A stretch of DNA of 63,663 bases, filler included, from Actinomycetota bacterium (GTDB lineage Bacteria > Actinomycetota > Actinomycetes > JAKEEW01): assembly GCA_046725875.1 (NCBI GenBank). It is 8 parts of 8 records of this genome, joined end to end, with 100 filler letters (N's around TTAATTAATTAA, not from the genome) between each part and the next. Parts side by side here need not be neighbours in the genome. Positions count along the whole stretch, not along the records: positions 48,692 to 55,695 come from JBKOZJ010000036.1; positions 55,796 to 58,402 come from JBKOZJ010000043.1; positions 58,503 to 63,663 come from JBKOZJ010000053.1; 5 more parts are not named here. One strand, written 5' to 3'. Of the stretch, positions 54,613 through 63,663 are shown piece after piece (position 1 is the first letter of the stretch; each line of letters begins with the position of its first letter). The position numbers were made by a program, and so were the translations under genes. A model generated the notes under the pieces. It saw only the letters and a list, made by a program, of their open reading frames with translations, did no database searches and was not told where the DNA came from.

Positions 54613-55695
54613 TCAGTGCGCTCCGGTGGGCGTGGTGACGTTCGCCTGGTCGGCATCCCGATCCAGCGCCGGCCGGTCCGCCGTCGCCTGTGTCCGCCCG
54701 GACAACAGACGCACTACGACGAAGGCGGTCGCGAGGCTAAGGCCGGCAGCCAGGCCGAGCCCGATGCCCATTGCCGACGTGAACGCGTCCCCAGCGGCGG
54801 TGATCAGATCGGCCGCGGCCGCGGGTGGCAGCTGGCCGGCGACCGCGTTCGCGGCGCCCACCGACTCCTCCGCCGTCTGCTGAGCGGACGGCGGCAGCGC
54901 AACGAGCGATTCACCGATGCGGTCCGCATACAGCGAGGACACCAGCGAGCCGACGACCGCCACGCCGAGGGCTCCGGCGACCGTACGGGCGACGCTGTTC
55001 ATCGCCGAGGCCACGCCCGATCGCGCGGCCGGCACCGCCGCGACCACGGCGTCCGTGGCCGGCGCCATGATCCAGCCCATCGACAGGGCGATTCCGAAGA
55101 ACCACGCGAGCAGCCACCAGACGGAGGTGCGCGGATTCCACAGCAGCGTGGTGGCGAGCACAGTAGAGAGACCGAGCAGGCCGGCGGCGACCACGCGGCC
55201 GACCCCGATCCGGGTGACGGCCCGGTGCGAGGAACCCGCGCCCGCGATCAGGCCGAGCGTGAGCGGGCTCATGATGGCGCCGGCTTCGATCGCGCTGTAG
55301 CCGTGCACGACCTGCAGGTACTGGGTGAGGGCGAAGATCGCACCAAGCAAAGCGAAAAACGCGACGCTGACCGCGGTCGTGCCGACGCTGAAGCGTGCGC
55401 TGCGGAAGAACTTCAGATCGAGCATCGGATCAGGTGTGCGGTGCTCCCACCACACGAATGCGACGAGCAGTATCCCGGACGCCGCGAGCAGGCCGAGGGT
55501 GAGTGCGCTCAGCCAGCCCTGCTCGGGAGCCTCGATGATGGCGTACACGAGCGTGCCGAATCCGGCCGTCGACAGCATGGCGCCGGTGAGGTCGAAGGAC
55601 CCGGGGTGCGGATCCCGGCTGTCCGGCACATAGCGAATGCCCAGCAGCGCTGCCGCGAACGCGAACGGCACGTTGACCAGGAACACCGACCACCA
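54613..55695 (-). CDS. DHA2-type MFS efflux transporter (5' truncated)
   Basis: WWSVFLVNVP, FDLTG, PMLDL.FF, SGVASAMN. Confidence 0.92.
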   Translation of the reverse strand, partial: WWSVFLVNVPFAFAAALLGIRYVPDSRDPHPGSFDLTGAMLSTAGFGTLVYAIIEAPEQGWLSALTLGLLAASGILLVAFVWWEHRTPDPMLDLKFFRSARFSVGTTAVSVAFFALLGAIFALTQYLQVVHGYSAIEAGAIMSPLTLGLIAGAGSSHRAVTRIGVGRVVAAGLLGLSTVLATTLLWNPRTSVWWLLAWFFGIALSMGWIMAPATDAVVAAVPAARSGVASAMNSVARTVAGALGVAVVGSLVSSLYADRIGESLVALPPSAQQTAEESVGAANAVAGQLPPAAAADLITAAGDAFTSAMGIGLGLAAGLSLATAFVVVRLLSGRTQATADRPALDRDADQANVTTPTGAH

Positions 55696-55795
55696 NNNNN
55701 NNNNNNNNNNNNNNNNNNNNNNNNNNNNNNNNNNNNNNNTTAATTAATTAANNNNNNNNNNNNNNNNNNNNNNNNNNNNNNNNNNNNNNNNNNNN

Positions 55796-57231
55796 CCGGT
55801 CTCGCCGAGCCACCGCGACGGCGCCAGCCCGCACATCTCCGTGTACGTCGAGATGCCGATGCCGACCTGCACCGTGTCGCTCCGCTGCCGCCGCTCGGCC
55901 TGCTCGGCGCGCAGCTTGTCGTACTCGAGCAGCGCCAGAGCACGCTCGGTGGCCGCCTCATAGTCACCGCTGTCGTACTCGAGCCCGCTGACCGTCCGGT
56001 ATGGGAACTCCTCCCTCTTGATCCAGTTTCGCCGGCGGAACTCCATCGGTTCCATACCGAGCTCGGCGGCAGCATCGTCCATGATCCGCTCAATCACGAA
56101 CGTGGCCTCCGGCCGGCCCGCGCCTCGATAGGCGTCCGTCGGCGTTTTGTTGGTGAAGATCCCCTGGCACGTGAGCGTGTGGGCCTCGAACTTGTAGATG
56201 CCCGGGTACATGTAGCGGCCGAGCAGCGGGATGGCCGGCGTGAGGAGCTGGAGATACGCGCCCATGTCGACAGTGAGGTCGACCTTGAGCCCCTTGACGA
56301 TGCCGTCGCGGGAAACTGTCATCTCGACGTCTTGGATCAGATCCCTACCGTGAATGGTCGCGAGGTAGCCCTCGCTCCGGGACTCCGTCCACTTCACCGG
56401 CCTACCCAGCTTCTGGGCGAGGACCGGAACGATGACCTCCTCGGCGTACACGTCGAGCTTGGACCCGAAGCCGCCGCCCACATCCGGCGCGATGATCCGG
56501 ATCTTCTGCTCCGGCCAGCCGGTGTTGAGCGCGAGGAAAACGCGGACGAAATGCGGGACCTGCGTGGAACTCCATACGGTGACCTCACCGGTCGCCGGAA
56601 TCGCCGTCGCGACCACCGCGCGCGGCTCCAGGGCGTTCGGCACCAGCCGCTGGTTGATATACCGGCGCTTGATCGTGACAACTTCGCCTTGTTTGGTGGA
56701 CTCGTAATCGCCCCAGTCCTCGCGGTACGTGAAGCACCGGTTGTTGGGCACGTCGTCGTGTACGAGCGGGGAGCCGTCCCGCTGTGCGGCCGTCATGTCG
56801 ATGACGGCCGGGAGCGGCTCGTAGTCGACCTCGATGGCATCCAACGCGTCAGCCGCGGCGTACCGGTCGGTGGCGAGCACGACGGCGACACCGTCGCCCG
56901 TGTAGCGGACCTTGTCGGTCGCCAGCGGCAGGTGGGGTGGAGACTTCATGTCGGCGGAGACCACCCACGCCGTCGGCAGCGACGACCAGGAGTCGGCGAG
57001 GTCGGCACCGCTGAACGCGGCCACGACCCCCGGCCGATCCTTCGCCGCGGAGACATTCACCCGGTTGATCCGGGCGTGTCCCATCGGACTGCGCAGGATC
57101 GCGCAGTAGAGCATGCCGGGTAGCTGGATGTTGTCCGTCCAGCTCGTCTGACCGGTGAGGAGCCGGGCGTCTTCCTTGCGAAGGATCGGCTGCCCGACAA
57201 TCCCGGCCGAGCGTTCGGCGACGTCGGTCAT
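55796..57231 (-). CDS. Molybdenum hydroxylase large subunit, CoxL form II/xanthine dehydrogenase-like (3' truncated)
   Basis: RKEDARLLTG, DVGGGFGSK, AYRGAGRPEA. Confidence 0.93.
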
Positions 57232-57743
57232 GCCGGCACCCCCTCTCCGGCCCGGGCGGTGGCCTCGCCGTCGCCGCCGGCCCGCATGGCCGCGCCCGCG
57301 GTCCGGATCGCGCTGACGATGTTCTGATAACCGGTGCACCGGCAGAGGTTGCCTTCCAGCCCGTCCCTGATCTGCTCGTCGCTGGGGTCGCGATTCCGGC
57401 TGAGCAGGTCGATCGAGGCCATGATCATTCCTGGCGTGCAGTAGCCGCACTGCAGGGCGTGGGCCTCGTGGAACGCCTGCTGGAGGGGGTGCCACTCCCC
57501 GTCACGGGCAAGCCCCTCGATCGTCGTGATCGCGGCACCGTCGGCCTGCGCGGCGAGCAGGGTACAACTCTTCACGCTCGACCCGTCCATCAAGACCGTG
57601 CAGGCGCCGCAGTTGGACGTATCACACCCAATCGGCGTGCCGGCCTTGCCCAGCCGGTCACGCAGGTAGTGCACGAGAAGCAGGCGAGGCTCGACGTCGT
57701 CGTCGTGCACGACGCCATCGACCGTAACGCTGATATGGACCAT
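57228..57743 (-). CDS. (2Fe-2S) subunit, CoxS-like
   Basis: GCDTSNCGACTV..KSC; QCGYCTPG..NLCRCTGY. Confidence 0.95.
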   Translation of the reverse strand: MVHISVTVDGVVHDDDVEPRLLLVHYLRDRLGKAGTPIGCDTSNCGACTVLMDGSSVKSCTLLAAQADGAAITTIEGLARDGEWHPLQQAFHEAHALQCGYCTPGMIMASIDLLSRNRDPSDEQIRDGLEGNLCRCTGYQNIVSAIRTAGAAMRAGGDGEATARAGEGVPA

Positions 57744-58191
57744 GCGACCTCCCGGCGAGCGGCTGCGAAGGAGTCAGCGGAGATGCCACCCCTGCTGCCC
57801 ACGCCACGCCGCGCGCTTGCGGATCTCGCATGGTGACGTGCGCTGTATCAATAAGGGAAAGCACCACCGAACGGACCCATACGGGACTCAACCTATGCTG
57901 CCCGGCGCCCTTCGTTAAGTGATCCAGGCAGGATTCCTCGATCTCGCAGCGGGTGGCCAAAATCGCCGTTGAGCGGGAAGCGTCAGTGCCAAGGCCCCGA
58001 GCAGGCAGGACGGGCGAACGCTGGACCCTGACCTGGAAAATCCGCGCGGATTCGAAGATAAATGGACCGTCACCTTGACGAATCGACTCCTAACTTCGAT
58101 GTGGCGGTCCATTGATCTTCGAGAAGGGTGATCGTCTTCGAGCTCACGGTCCACTGTTCCGGATCAGCCCGGACGGGATCCCGTGGCTACA

Positions 58192-58240
58192 GTAGAAGGG
58201 ACCCCTGCGCCGAACTTGTCGGAAGAAGGGTCCCTTCTAC
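58192..58240. repeat. REP-like palindrome / terminator after clpB
   Basis: Perfect 13-bp IR GTAGAAGGGACCC / GGGTCCCTTCTAC. Confidence 0.75.
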
Positions 58241-58294
58241 CGGTCGTGCGGACGTCGACCCGGACCGCAATGGGAGTCGGCCGGCGCCCCCGTA

Positions 58295-58402
58295 CTAGGC
58301 GCGGCGTACCTCTAGCGAGTCCTTGGCCGGGTTGAGGTCCACGGTCACGGTGTTGCCGTCTCGGATGTCGCCGCTGAGCAGGCCACGGGCGAGCTGGTCG
58401 CC
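58295..58402 (-). CDS. clpB: ClpB-like chaperone C-terminus (partial)
   Basis: GDQLARGLLSGDIRDGNTVTVDLNPAKDSLEVRRA*. Confidence 0.7.
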   Translation of the reverse strand, partial: GDQLARGLLSGDIRDGNTVTVDLNPAKDSLEVRRA

Positions 58403-58502
58403 NNNNNNNNNNNNNNNNNNNNNNNNNNNNNNNNNNNNNNNNNNNNTTAATTAATTAANNNNNNNNNNNNNNNNNNNNNNNNNNNNNNNNNNNNNNNNNN
58501 NN

Positions 58503-58830
58503 TCAGTGGGGAACCTGCCCGACCCGAGGACGTTCTCGCACCGGTCGATGACCTCGATCGTGGCCGACAGTTTGTGGGGATCAACCCCGATGACGACACT
58601 CTCCATGTGATGCCCTCGCGCTCTGCCGCTTGGCGGATGGGAAGCGAGGTGGGCGCCGCTACTACGAGCAGGGCAGTCCCCTCTTGAGCCACGCCTCGCA
58701 ACGGCGCCCGACGGTCCGCAAACCGGAATAGACGCCACACCAGTGATCGGGTGGGCAGCCCAGAATAGAGCGTCCCGCCGAGCGCCTGGACCGAGTCTGG
58801 CCGGACACCGGTCCTACCGGAATCCTCTAG
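58503..58830 (-). mobile_element. IS110-family element: left end plus transposase N-terminus (CDS 58606-58503), cut by contig end
   Basis: MESVVIGVDPHKLSATIEV..GSGRFPT; the end is defined by guide matches at TCTGGG-CTA-CTAGAGG. Confidence 0.88.
58640..58820 (-). ncRNA. Predicted bridge RNA of this IS110
   Basis: TCTGGGCT (58764-58757) repeats the flank at 58839-58832; TAGTAGC (58664-58658) complements the junction GCTACTA; stems GGCGCTCGGCGG/CCGTCGGGCGCC and GCGAGG/CCTCGC. Confidence 0.7.
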
Positions 58831-58918
58831 TAGCCCAGATTGACGCTGCAGTTGAAACGAATGCAGCGCCGTCCTTGAATCGAACGCCCCTGCACTACTT
58901 TCTGGATCGGAGGCAGGC

Positions 58919-59590
58919 ATGAGCGAGCAGGGCTGGCAGAAGTTCCTCGCCGCGGAAGGCGTTGAGGACTGGGTGGTGTTACACGGCGGTGCGACTGCTG
59001 TGTTCCGCGTCCCGTCGCTCGGAGAAGCGGCGAAGCTCGCCGAGGCGGTCGCGCACGTCCCCGGCCTCGGGGGGTCAGGAGCTATGTTGACGATCGCCGA
59101 CCACCATCTCAGCGTCCGGCTGAGCCGCGCTGTCTTTCGGCTGGAGGAGCCGCACATCGATCTTGCGCGGGCAGTCTCGGCGACTGCGCGGACGCAGGGG
59201 GCCGTCGCCGACCGCACAGGTGTGCACGAGGTCCAGGTCGCGATCGCCGCGCAGCCGGACGCCGTCGATGTCGACTTCTGGCGCGCCGTCCTCGGGTACG
59301 CAAGGCTGGCCGACGACAACGCCGTCGACCCGCTCGGCCACGGCTCGACGGTTTGGATGCAGGAGCTCGACGCTGACAAGCCACTCCGGCACGCAATGCA
59401 CGTCGACGTCTCCGTCGCTCGTGAGCACGTCGAGGCGCGCGTGGCGGCCGCGCTTGCCGCAGGAGGCCGCATCGTCGACGACGCCGGGGCCCCCGCGGCT
59501 TGGATCCTCGCCGACCGCGCCGGCAACCGAGTGTGCGTCGCCGCTTGGCCCGACGGGTCCGTCCCGACTGCTCCTGCTGATCCGCCGTAG
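58919..59590 (+). CDS. Pterin-carbinolamine-dehydratase-like / VOC domain protein
   Basis: GGAGG RBS; FWRAVLGY, VWMQE, MHVDV, LAAGGRIV, LADRAGNRVC. Confidence 0.85.
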   Translation: MSEQGWQKFLAAEGVEDWVVLHGGATAVFRVPSLGEAAKLAEAVAHVPGLGGSGAMLTIADHHLSVRLSRAVFRLEEPHIDLARAVSATARTQGAVADRTGVHEVQVAIAAQPDAVDVDFWRAVLGYARLADDNAVDPLGHGSTVWMQELDADKPLRHAMHVDVSVAREHVEARVAAALAAGGRIVDDAGAPAAWILADRAGNRVCVAAWPDGSVPTAPADPP

Positions 59591-59708
59591 CACTGCAATC
59601 GTTCCGCCGCCAGTCGGCCACGCTCAACGCCGCTGCCGTCCGTGCGTGTTGCCTCCAGTGGTGGAGCTTCTGTCCGCTGGCCGACAAGGATGATGACGAT
59701 CTGTCTCC

Positions 59709-60196
59709 CTAGCCCAGCTGCAGGATCGTCTCCTCGATCTCGGCTCCGCGTGCCGGTGCGAACGACACTTCGGTGCCGATGATTCGGAACCCGGTCTTCT
59801 CAAGCACCCGGAGTGAGCCGGCGTTGTCGCTTGCAGCCCGGGCATAGAGGGGCCGCACCCGAACTACCTCGAGAAACAAGGCAAGAGCCTGGCTGGCGAT
59901 CCCCCGCCCCCATGCGGCACGGTCGATCCAGTACGTGACCTCGGTCTGCCCCTCGACGACGAAGCTGCCGATACTGCCGACCAAATCGCCTTTCCAGATG
60001 ATTGCCGCAGCGTCATCTCGGGCGACTCCATCACCCTGACCATGTGTGCGTCGAACCGCTGCCGAGCAGCCGGATCTTCGGGCGTGAATGCCGCCATCCT
60101 CACCGACTCTGGATCACTCATCTGGCGAAACAATCCGTCCAGATCAGACTCGTGCACCGGCCGTAGTGCCACCGCCGGCTCTCCACTGCTGTTCAT
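59709..60196 (-). pseudogene. GNAT (RimJ-like) acetyltransferase, 1-nt frameshift near 60005
   Basis: ALRPVHESDL..MAAFT in one frame; VTYWIDRAAWGRGIA..DNAGSLRVLEKTGF in another. Confidence 0.85.
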
Positions 60197-60944
60197 GATT
60201 CGGACCCTACCGAGCAGGGCCGACAGCTTAGGAGGCTCCAGCGGGCTGATGCTCACGTCGTCTACCGAGACCCCTTGCCTCCTCACAGAACGTCAGTCGT
60301 CAGGGCAGAAAGGGTCACTACCCGCCCGTCGGACGGGCTGTCATCGGCATGATCGGCCGCATCCGCCGGCCCTCGGCAGATTCGGGCGTTGCCGAGGCCC
60401 ATGAGACGGCGCCCCAAGGGTTGGGTCTTAGCCGGGAGTCCGCACATCGTCCCGTCCCGCGTCGTTTCGCCGCAAGAATCCGCATCTGCTTGATGAGCGG
60501 AAGTCCCCGATCATCGACACGGATGCCTTCGTCGGCGATGATCAAGCAGTGGGTATCCCGCCAGCTCTACCCGAGGCACTCCACGACCCGGTGTTCCGGG
60601 CAAAGTACACATTCGCCCATGAGGACGGTCCCGGGGCCGACCGGATCGGCGACATCGAGGACATGCTGGACGAACAGCTCGACGACGAGAACGAGGATGT
60701 GGTCAGGGCGCTCGATGTGGAGTTCGATGTCGGCGGCGGCTGCCGCATGCTGCTGACTGGTGACCACCACGGACCAGCGGAGACACCCGCGGGCGTCCTC
60801 GACCAGATCCACCAGTGACACATCTAGGTCAACGCACTGTCATTCCGCCGAGGGTTTATCGGGGTTGCCATCGCACGCATTTGTCGAGAACTACGCCGTC
60901 GCTAGCGAACCAGCAGGCCGATCCTGCTCAACACCCGTGGAGCC

Positions 60945-61204
60945 CGGATGGACCGGCACGCCCCCATCCGACGCTTGCGCGCATTGGCCCGGATCGTCGG
61001 AGTGCGGCTGCTGCGAATGCCCCCTCATATGCTGCGGCACACTTCGTCACCACCATGCTCGACGCCGGCGTCGACCTGCGCGAGGTGCAGATCGCCGCCC
61101 GGCACTCCGACCCAGGCACCACCATGCGCCACGACTGAGACCGCAAGAACCTCGACCCGCAGCCCAACTAAATCCTCACCGCCTACATGGCCAGCCGAAT
61201 CTAG
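60945..61204 (+). pseudogene. Tyrosine recombinase/integrase C-terminal remnant
   Basis: PHMLRH / FVTTMLDAGVDLREVQIAARHSDPGTTMRHD; frameshift, in-frame stops, catalytic Tyr position reads His. Confidence 0.85.
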
Positions 61205-61330
61205 CCGCCGAGCGGGGCGGGCAGCCCAGACCGTCTTGCCGATGTGCGGATGTCGCCCGTACTGCATATGTAGGGACTCGGCGAGGTGCATGGAGACTGT
61301 CATGACGGATCCTGTTTGAATCCGGGCAGG

Positions 61331-61912
61331 TCAATGGAGGGTGGGTCGGTAGATGAGCTCTTGGATGTGACCGTCGAGTGTCCGGCTCTCGACCAGCTCC
61401 AGGTCGAAGTCCGCCGCACCCTGGAAGATCGGGTCCACCCCGGTTTGACCGGTGATGACAGGGAAGAGCGTCACCTGCACCCGGTCGACCAGGCCGGCGG
61501 CCATCAGCGCCCGGTTCATCGACAGGCTGCCGTGCGAGCGCAACGGCACCGCAGACTCCTCCTTGAGCCGGGCGACGACGTCGACGGCGTCACCGCTCAC
61601 AAGGGTCGCGTTCGGCCAGTCGAGGGGTTCTTCCAGCGTCGACGACACCACGGTTGCCGGCATGCTCCTCATCCGCGTGACCCATGGGTCACGCACTTCG
61701 GACTCCTCGGTGCTCGCGGCCAGCATCCGCGCGAACGCCCGATAGGTGTTGGCCCCGAAGACCATCCGCTGCTCCACGCCGTACAAGGCAAGGCGGTGGT
61801 CGAGCAACTCGGGGCCTTGCTTACCCCAGTAGCCGCCCCAGTTGGCGCCGGGAACGACGGAGCCGTAGCCATCGAGGCTGGAAAAGACGTCGAAGGTGTA
61901 GGTAGCGGTCAT
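61331..61912 (-). CDS. Dihydrofolate reductase-like (RibD C-terminal) family protein
   Basis: SSLDGY, MVFGANTY, VVSSTL, HGSLS..GLVD..FPVITG; GAAGGA RBS. Confidence 0.92.
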   Translation of the reverse strand: MTATYTFDVFSSLDGYGSVVPGANWGGYWGKQGPELLDHRLALYGVEQRMVFGANTYRAFARMLAASTEESEVRDPWVTRMRSMPATVVSSTLEEPLDWPNATLVSGDAVDVVARLKEESAVPLRSHGSLSMNRALMAAGLVDRVQVTLFPVITGQTGVDPIFQGAADFDLELVESRTLDGHIQELIYRPTLH

Positions 61913-61948
61913 GTCCTTCTCCTCGAGTGCGGTTTGGTCGGTATTGGG

Positions 61949-61979
61949 TACTGACTGGGACCACCTGCGAAACTCATCG
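61949..61979 (-). promoter_or_regulatory. SigG/ECF56-type promoter
   Basis: CGATGA-N18-GTCAGTA matches the mycobacterial SigG consensus as I recall it (CGATGA-N18-GTCNNTA). Confidence 0.65.
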
Positions 61980-62222
61980 CCATCGGACTGGCGACAGCGT
62001 TGTGCTGGCGCTTCCACTTCGTCACGCCAGATGACCTCGCGCGGTGCCCATCCGACCGACCTAGAGGATGCCCCTGCCAAGGGGGGATCGGGCAGCGAAA
62101 TAGCACCCGACGAACATCCGGATCTGCCGCGACGCATGCTTAGCTGCCGATCAGCGAGCGGAGGATCAGCCTTGCCGCCGCTCCGCGGAACCTGAACAGT
62201 CTGCGCTCCTTGCTCGCGGGGC

Positions 62223-62254
62223 TTGACCTTGACGCAGCGTCAACCCTGCACGCT
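62223..62254 (+). promoter_or_regulatory. MerR/TipA-type promoter-operator
   Basis: TTGACC -35, palindrome TTGACGC-A-GCGTCAA (62229-62243) in a long spacer, CACGCT -10, ATG 6 nt later. Confidence 0.65.
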
Positions 62255-62260
62255 GGGGCC

Positions 62261-63097
62261 ATGTCCATAGATATTCAGATGACAACCAATCAGGTTCGGG
62301 GGCCCGCGATCCGCGTGCAGGGCCTAGAGAAGTCTTACAAGGAGCTGCACGTGCTGCGCGGCGTGGACTTCGACGTGGCGCGGGGCAGCATCTTCGCGCT
62401 GCTCGGCTCCAACGGCGCGGGCAAGACCACGGTCGTGAGAATCCTGTCCACGCTGCTTACGCCCGACGCGGGGACGACCAGCGTCAACGGCTTCGACGTC
62501 GCCACTCAAGCGGCGAGCGTGCGAGAGTCCATCAGTCTGACGGGGCAGTTCGCGGCCGTCGACGAGATCCTCAGTGGGCGGGAGAACCTGGTGTTGGTCG
62601 CCCGGTTGCGGCATCTGAAGGATCCGGGCCGGATCGCGGATGACCTGCTGGCGTGCTTCTCACTGACTGACGCGGCCACGCGGAAGGTGTCGACGTACTC
62701 GGGTGGCATGCGTCGCCGCCTCGACATCGCGATGAGCCTCATCGGGAACCCGCCTGTGATCTTCCCCGACGAGCCGACGACCGGGCTCGACCCACAGGCG
62801 CGTCTCGAGGTGTGGCAGGCCGTCAAGGAGCTCGCTGAGGGCGGCACGACGGTGCTGCTCACCACGCAGTATCTGGACGAGGCCGAACAGCTCGCCGACC
62901 GGATCGCGATCCTCCACGAGGGGCGCATCATCGCGAACGGCATCCTCGCCGAGCTGAAACAGCTGCTCCCGCCCGCCAAGGTCGAGTACGTCGAGAAGCA
63001 GCCGACCCTCGAGGACGTCTTCCTCGCCATCGTCGGTGACGACGGCACTGACGGCAAGGTAGGCGCGGCCACCGCCGCCGACGGCACGAACCATTAA
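62261..63097 (+). CDS. DrrA-like ABC transporter ATP-binding protein
   Basis: GSNGAGKT, YSGGMRRR, DEPTTGLD, TTQY. Confidence 0.93.
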   Translation: MSIDIQMTTNQVRGPAIRVQGLEKSYKELHVLRGVDFDVARGSIFALLGSNGAGKTTVVRILSTLLTPDAGTTSVNGFDVATQAASVRESISLTGQFAAVDEILSGRENLVLVARLRHLKDPGRIADDLLACFSLTDAATRKVSTYSGGMRRRLDIAMSLIGNPPVIFPDEPTTGLDPQARLEVWQAVKELAEGGTTVLLTTQYLDEAEQLADRIAILHEGRIIANGILAELKQLLPPAKVEYVEKQPTLEDVFLAIVGDDGTDGKVGAATAADGTNH

Positions 63098-63106
63098 GGA
63101 CCCACC

Positions 63107-63663
63107 ATGACCAAGCACTTCCTCGGCGACACCGCCGTCCTGCTGGGGCGGTCCCTGCGCCACATCAGCCGCAGCCCGGACACCATCATCACGACCGTGA
63201 TCATGCCGATCGCGTTCATGCTGCTGTTCGTCTACGTGTTCGGCGGCGCGATCCAGACCGGGTCGGACACGTACGTGAACTACCTGCTGCCCGGCATCCT
63301 GCTCATCACGGTCGCCTCGGGTATCTCTTACACCGCGTACCGGCTCTTCCTGGACATGAAGGGCGGCATCTTCGAGCGGTTCCAGTCCATGCCGATCGCA
63401 CGCTCGTCCGCGCTGTGGGCGCACGTGCTGACCTCGCTGGTCGCCAATCTGATCTCCCTCGTGGTCGTTGTGCTAGCCGCCCTCCTCATGGGCTTCCGCT
63501 CCGGGGCCAGCGCGCTGGCCTGGCTCGCGGTCGCCGGCATCCTGATCCTGTTCACCCTGGCCCTGACCTGGCTCGCGGTGATCCCCGGCCTGACCGCGAC
63601 GTCGGTGGACGGCGCGAGCGCCTTCTCCTACCCGCTCATCTTCCTGCCGTTCATCAGCTCGGC
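63107..63663 (+). CDS. DrrB-like ABC-2 permease (runs off window)
   Basis: AAGGA RBS; MTKHFLGDTAVLLGRSLRH..MPIAFMLLFVYVFGGAI..YVNYLLPGI. Confidence 0.92.
   Translation, partial: MTKHFLGDTAVLLGRSLRHISRSPDTIITTVIMPIAFMLLFVYVFGGAIQTGSDTYVNYLLPGILLITVASGISYTAYRLFLDMKGGIFERFQSMPIARSSALWAHVLTSLVANLISLVVVVLAALLMGFRSGASALAWLAVAGILILFTLALTWLAVIPGLTATSVDGASAFSYPLIFLPFISS

Noticed and set aside
55796..57743. True form I aerobic CO dehydrogenase
   Set aside because: Active-site loop is AYRGAGR, not AYXCSFR, and the order is S-L; CO oxidation cannot be claimed.

Overview
High-GC actinobacterial (Actinomycetota) DNA. The window is not contiguous: it joins 8 contigs (1-7102, 7203-15930, 16031-23678, 23779-31217, 31318-48591, 48692-55695, 55796-58402, 58503-63663) with artificial 100-bp N44-TTAATTAATTAA-N44 spacers, so adjacency across spacers means nothing. 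Contig 5 is the core fusA'-rpsG-rpsL / rpoC-rpoB / rplL-rplJ / rplA-rplK-nusG-secE-tRNA-Trp region. Contig 3 carries ruvC-ruvA' with a LexA box, a beta-hydroxyacid-dehydrogenase-Rid fusion, a MoxR/DUF58 operon and tRNA-Val. The other contigs are accessory (transporters, hydrolases, regulators, GH53, CoxSL-like) with many frameshifted or deleted genes. The strongest signal is a 963-bp IS110 element (13614-14576) inserted in the transposase gene of another IS110. Its non-coding end folds like a bridge RNA whose four guide segments can be read directly: the target guides perfectly spell the 13-nt site it occupies, which is the R-C-L-K codons of the host transposase. This suggests an RNA-guided IS that targets other IS110s. 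A second readable bridge RNA (58607-58830) appears to target a REP-like palindrome. All calls come from reading motifs by eye; no database searches or folding programs were run.
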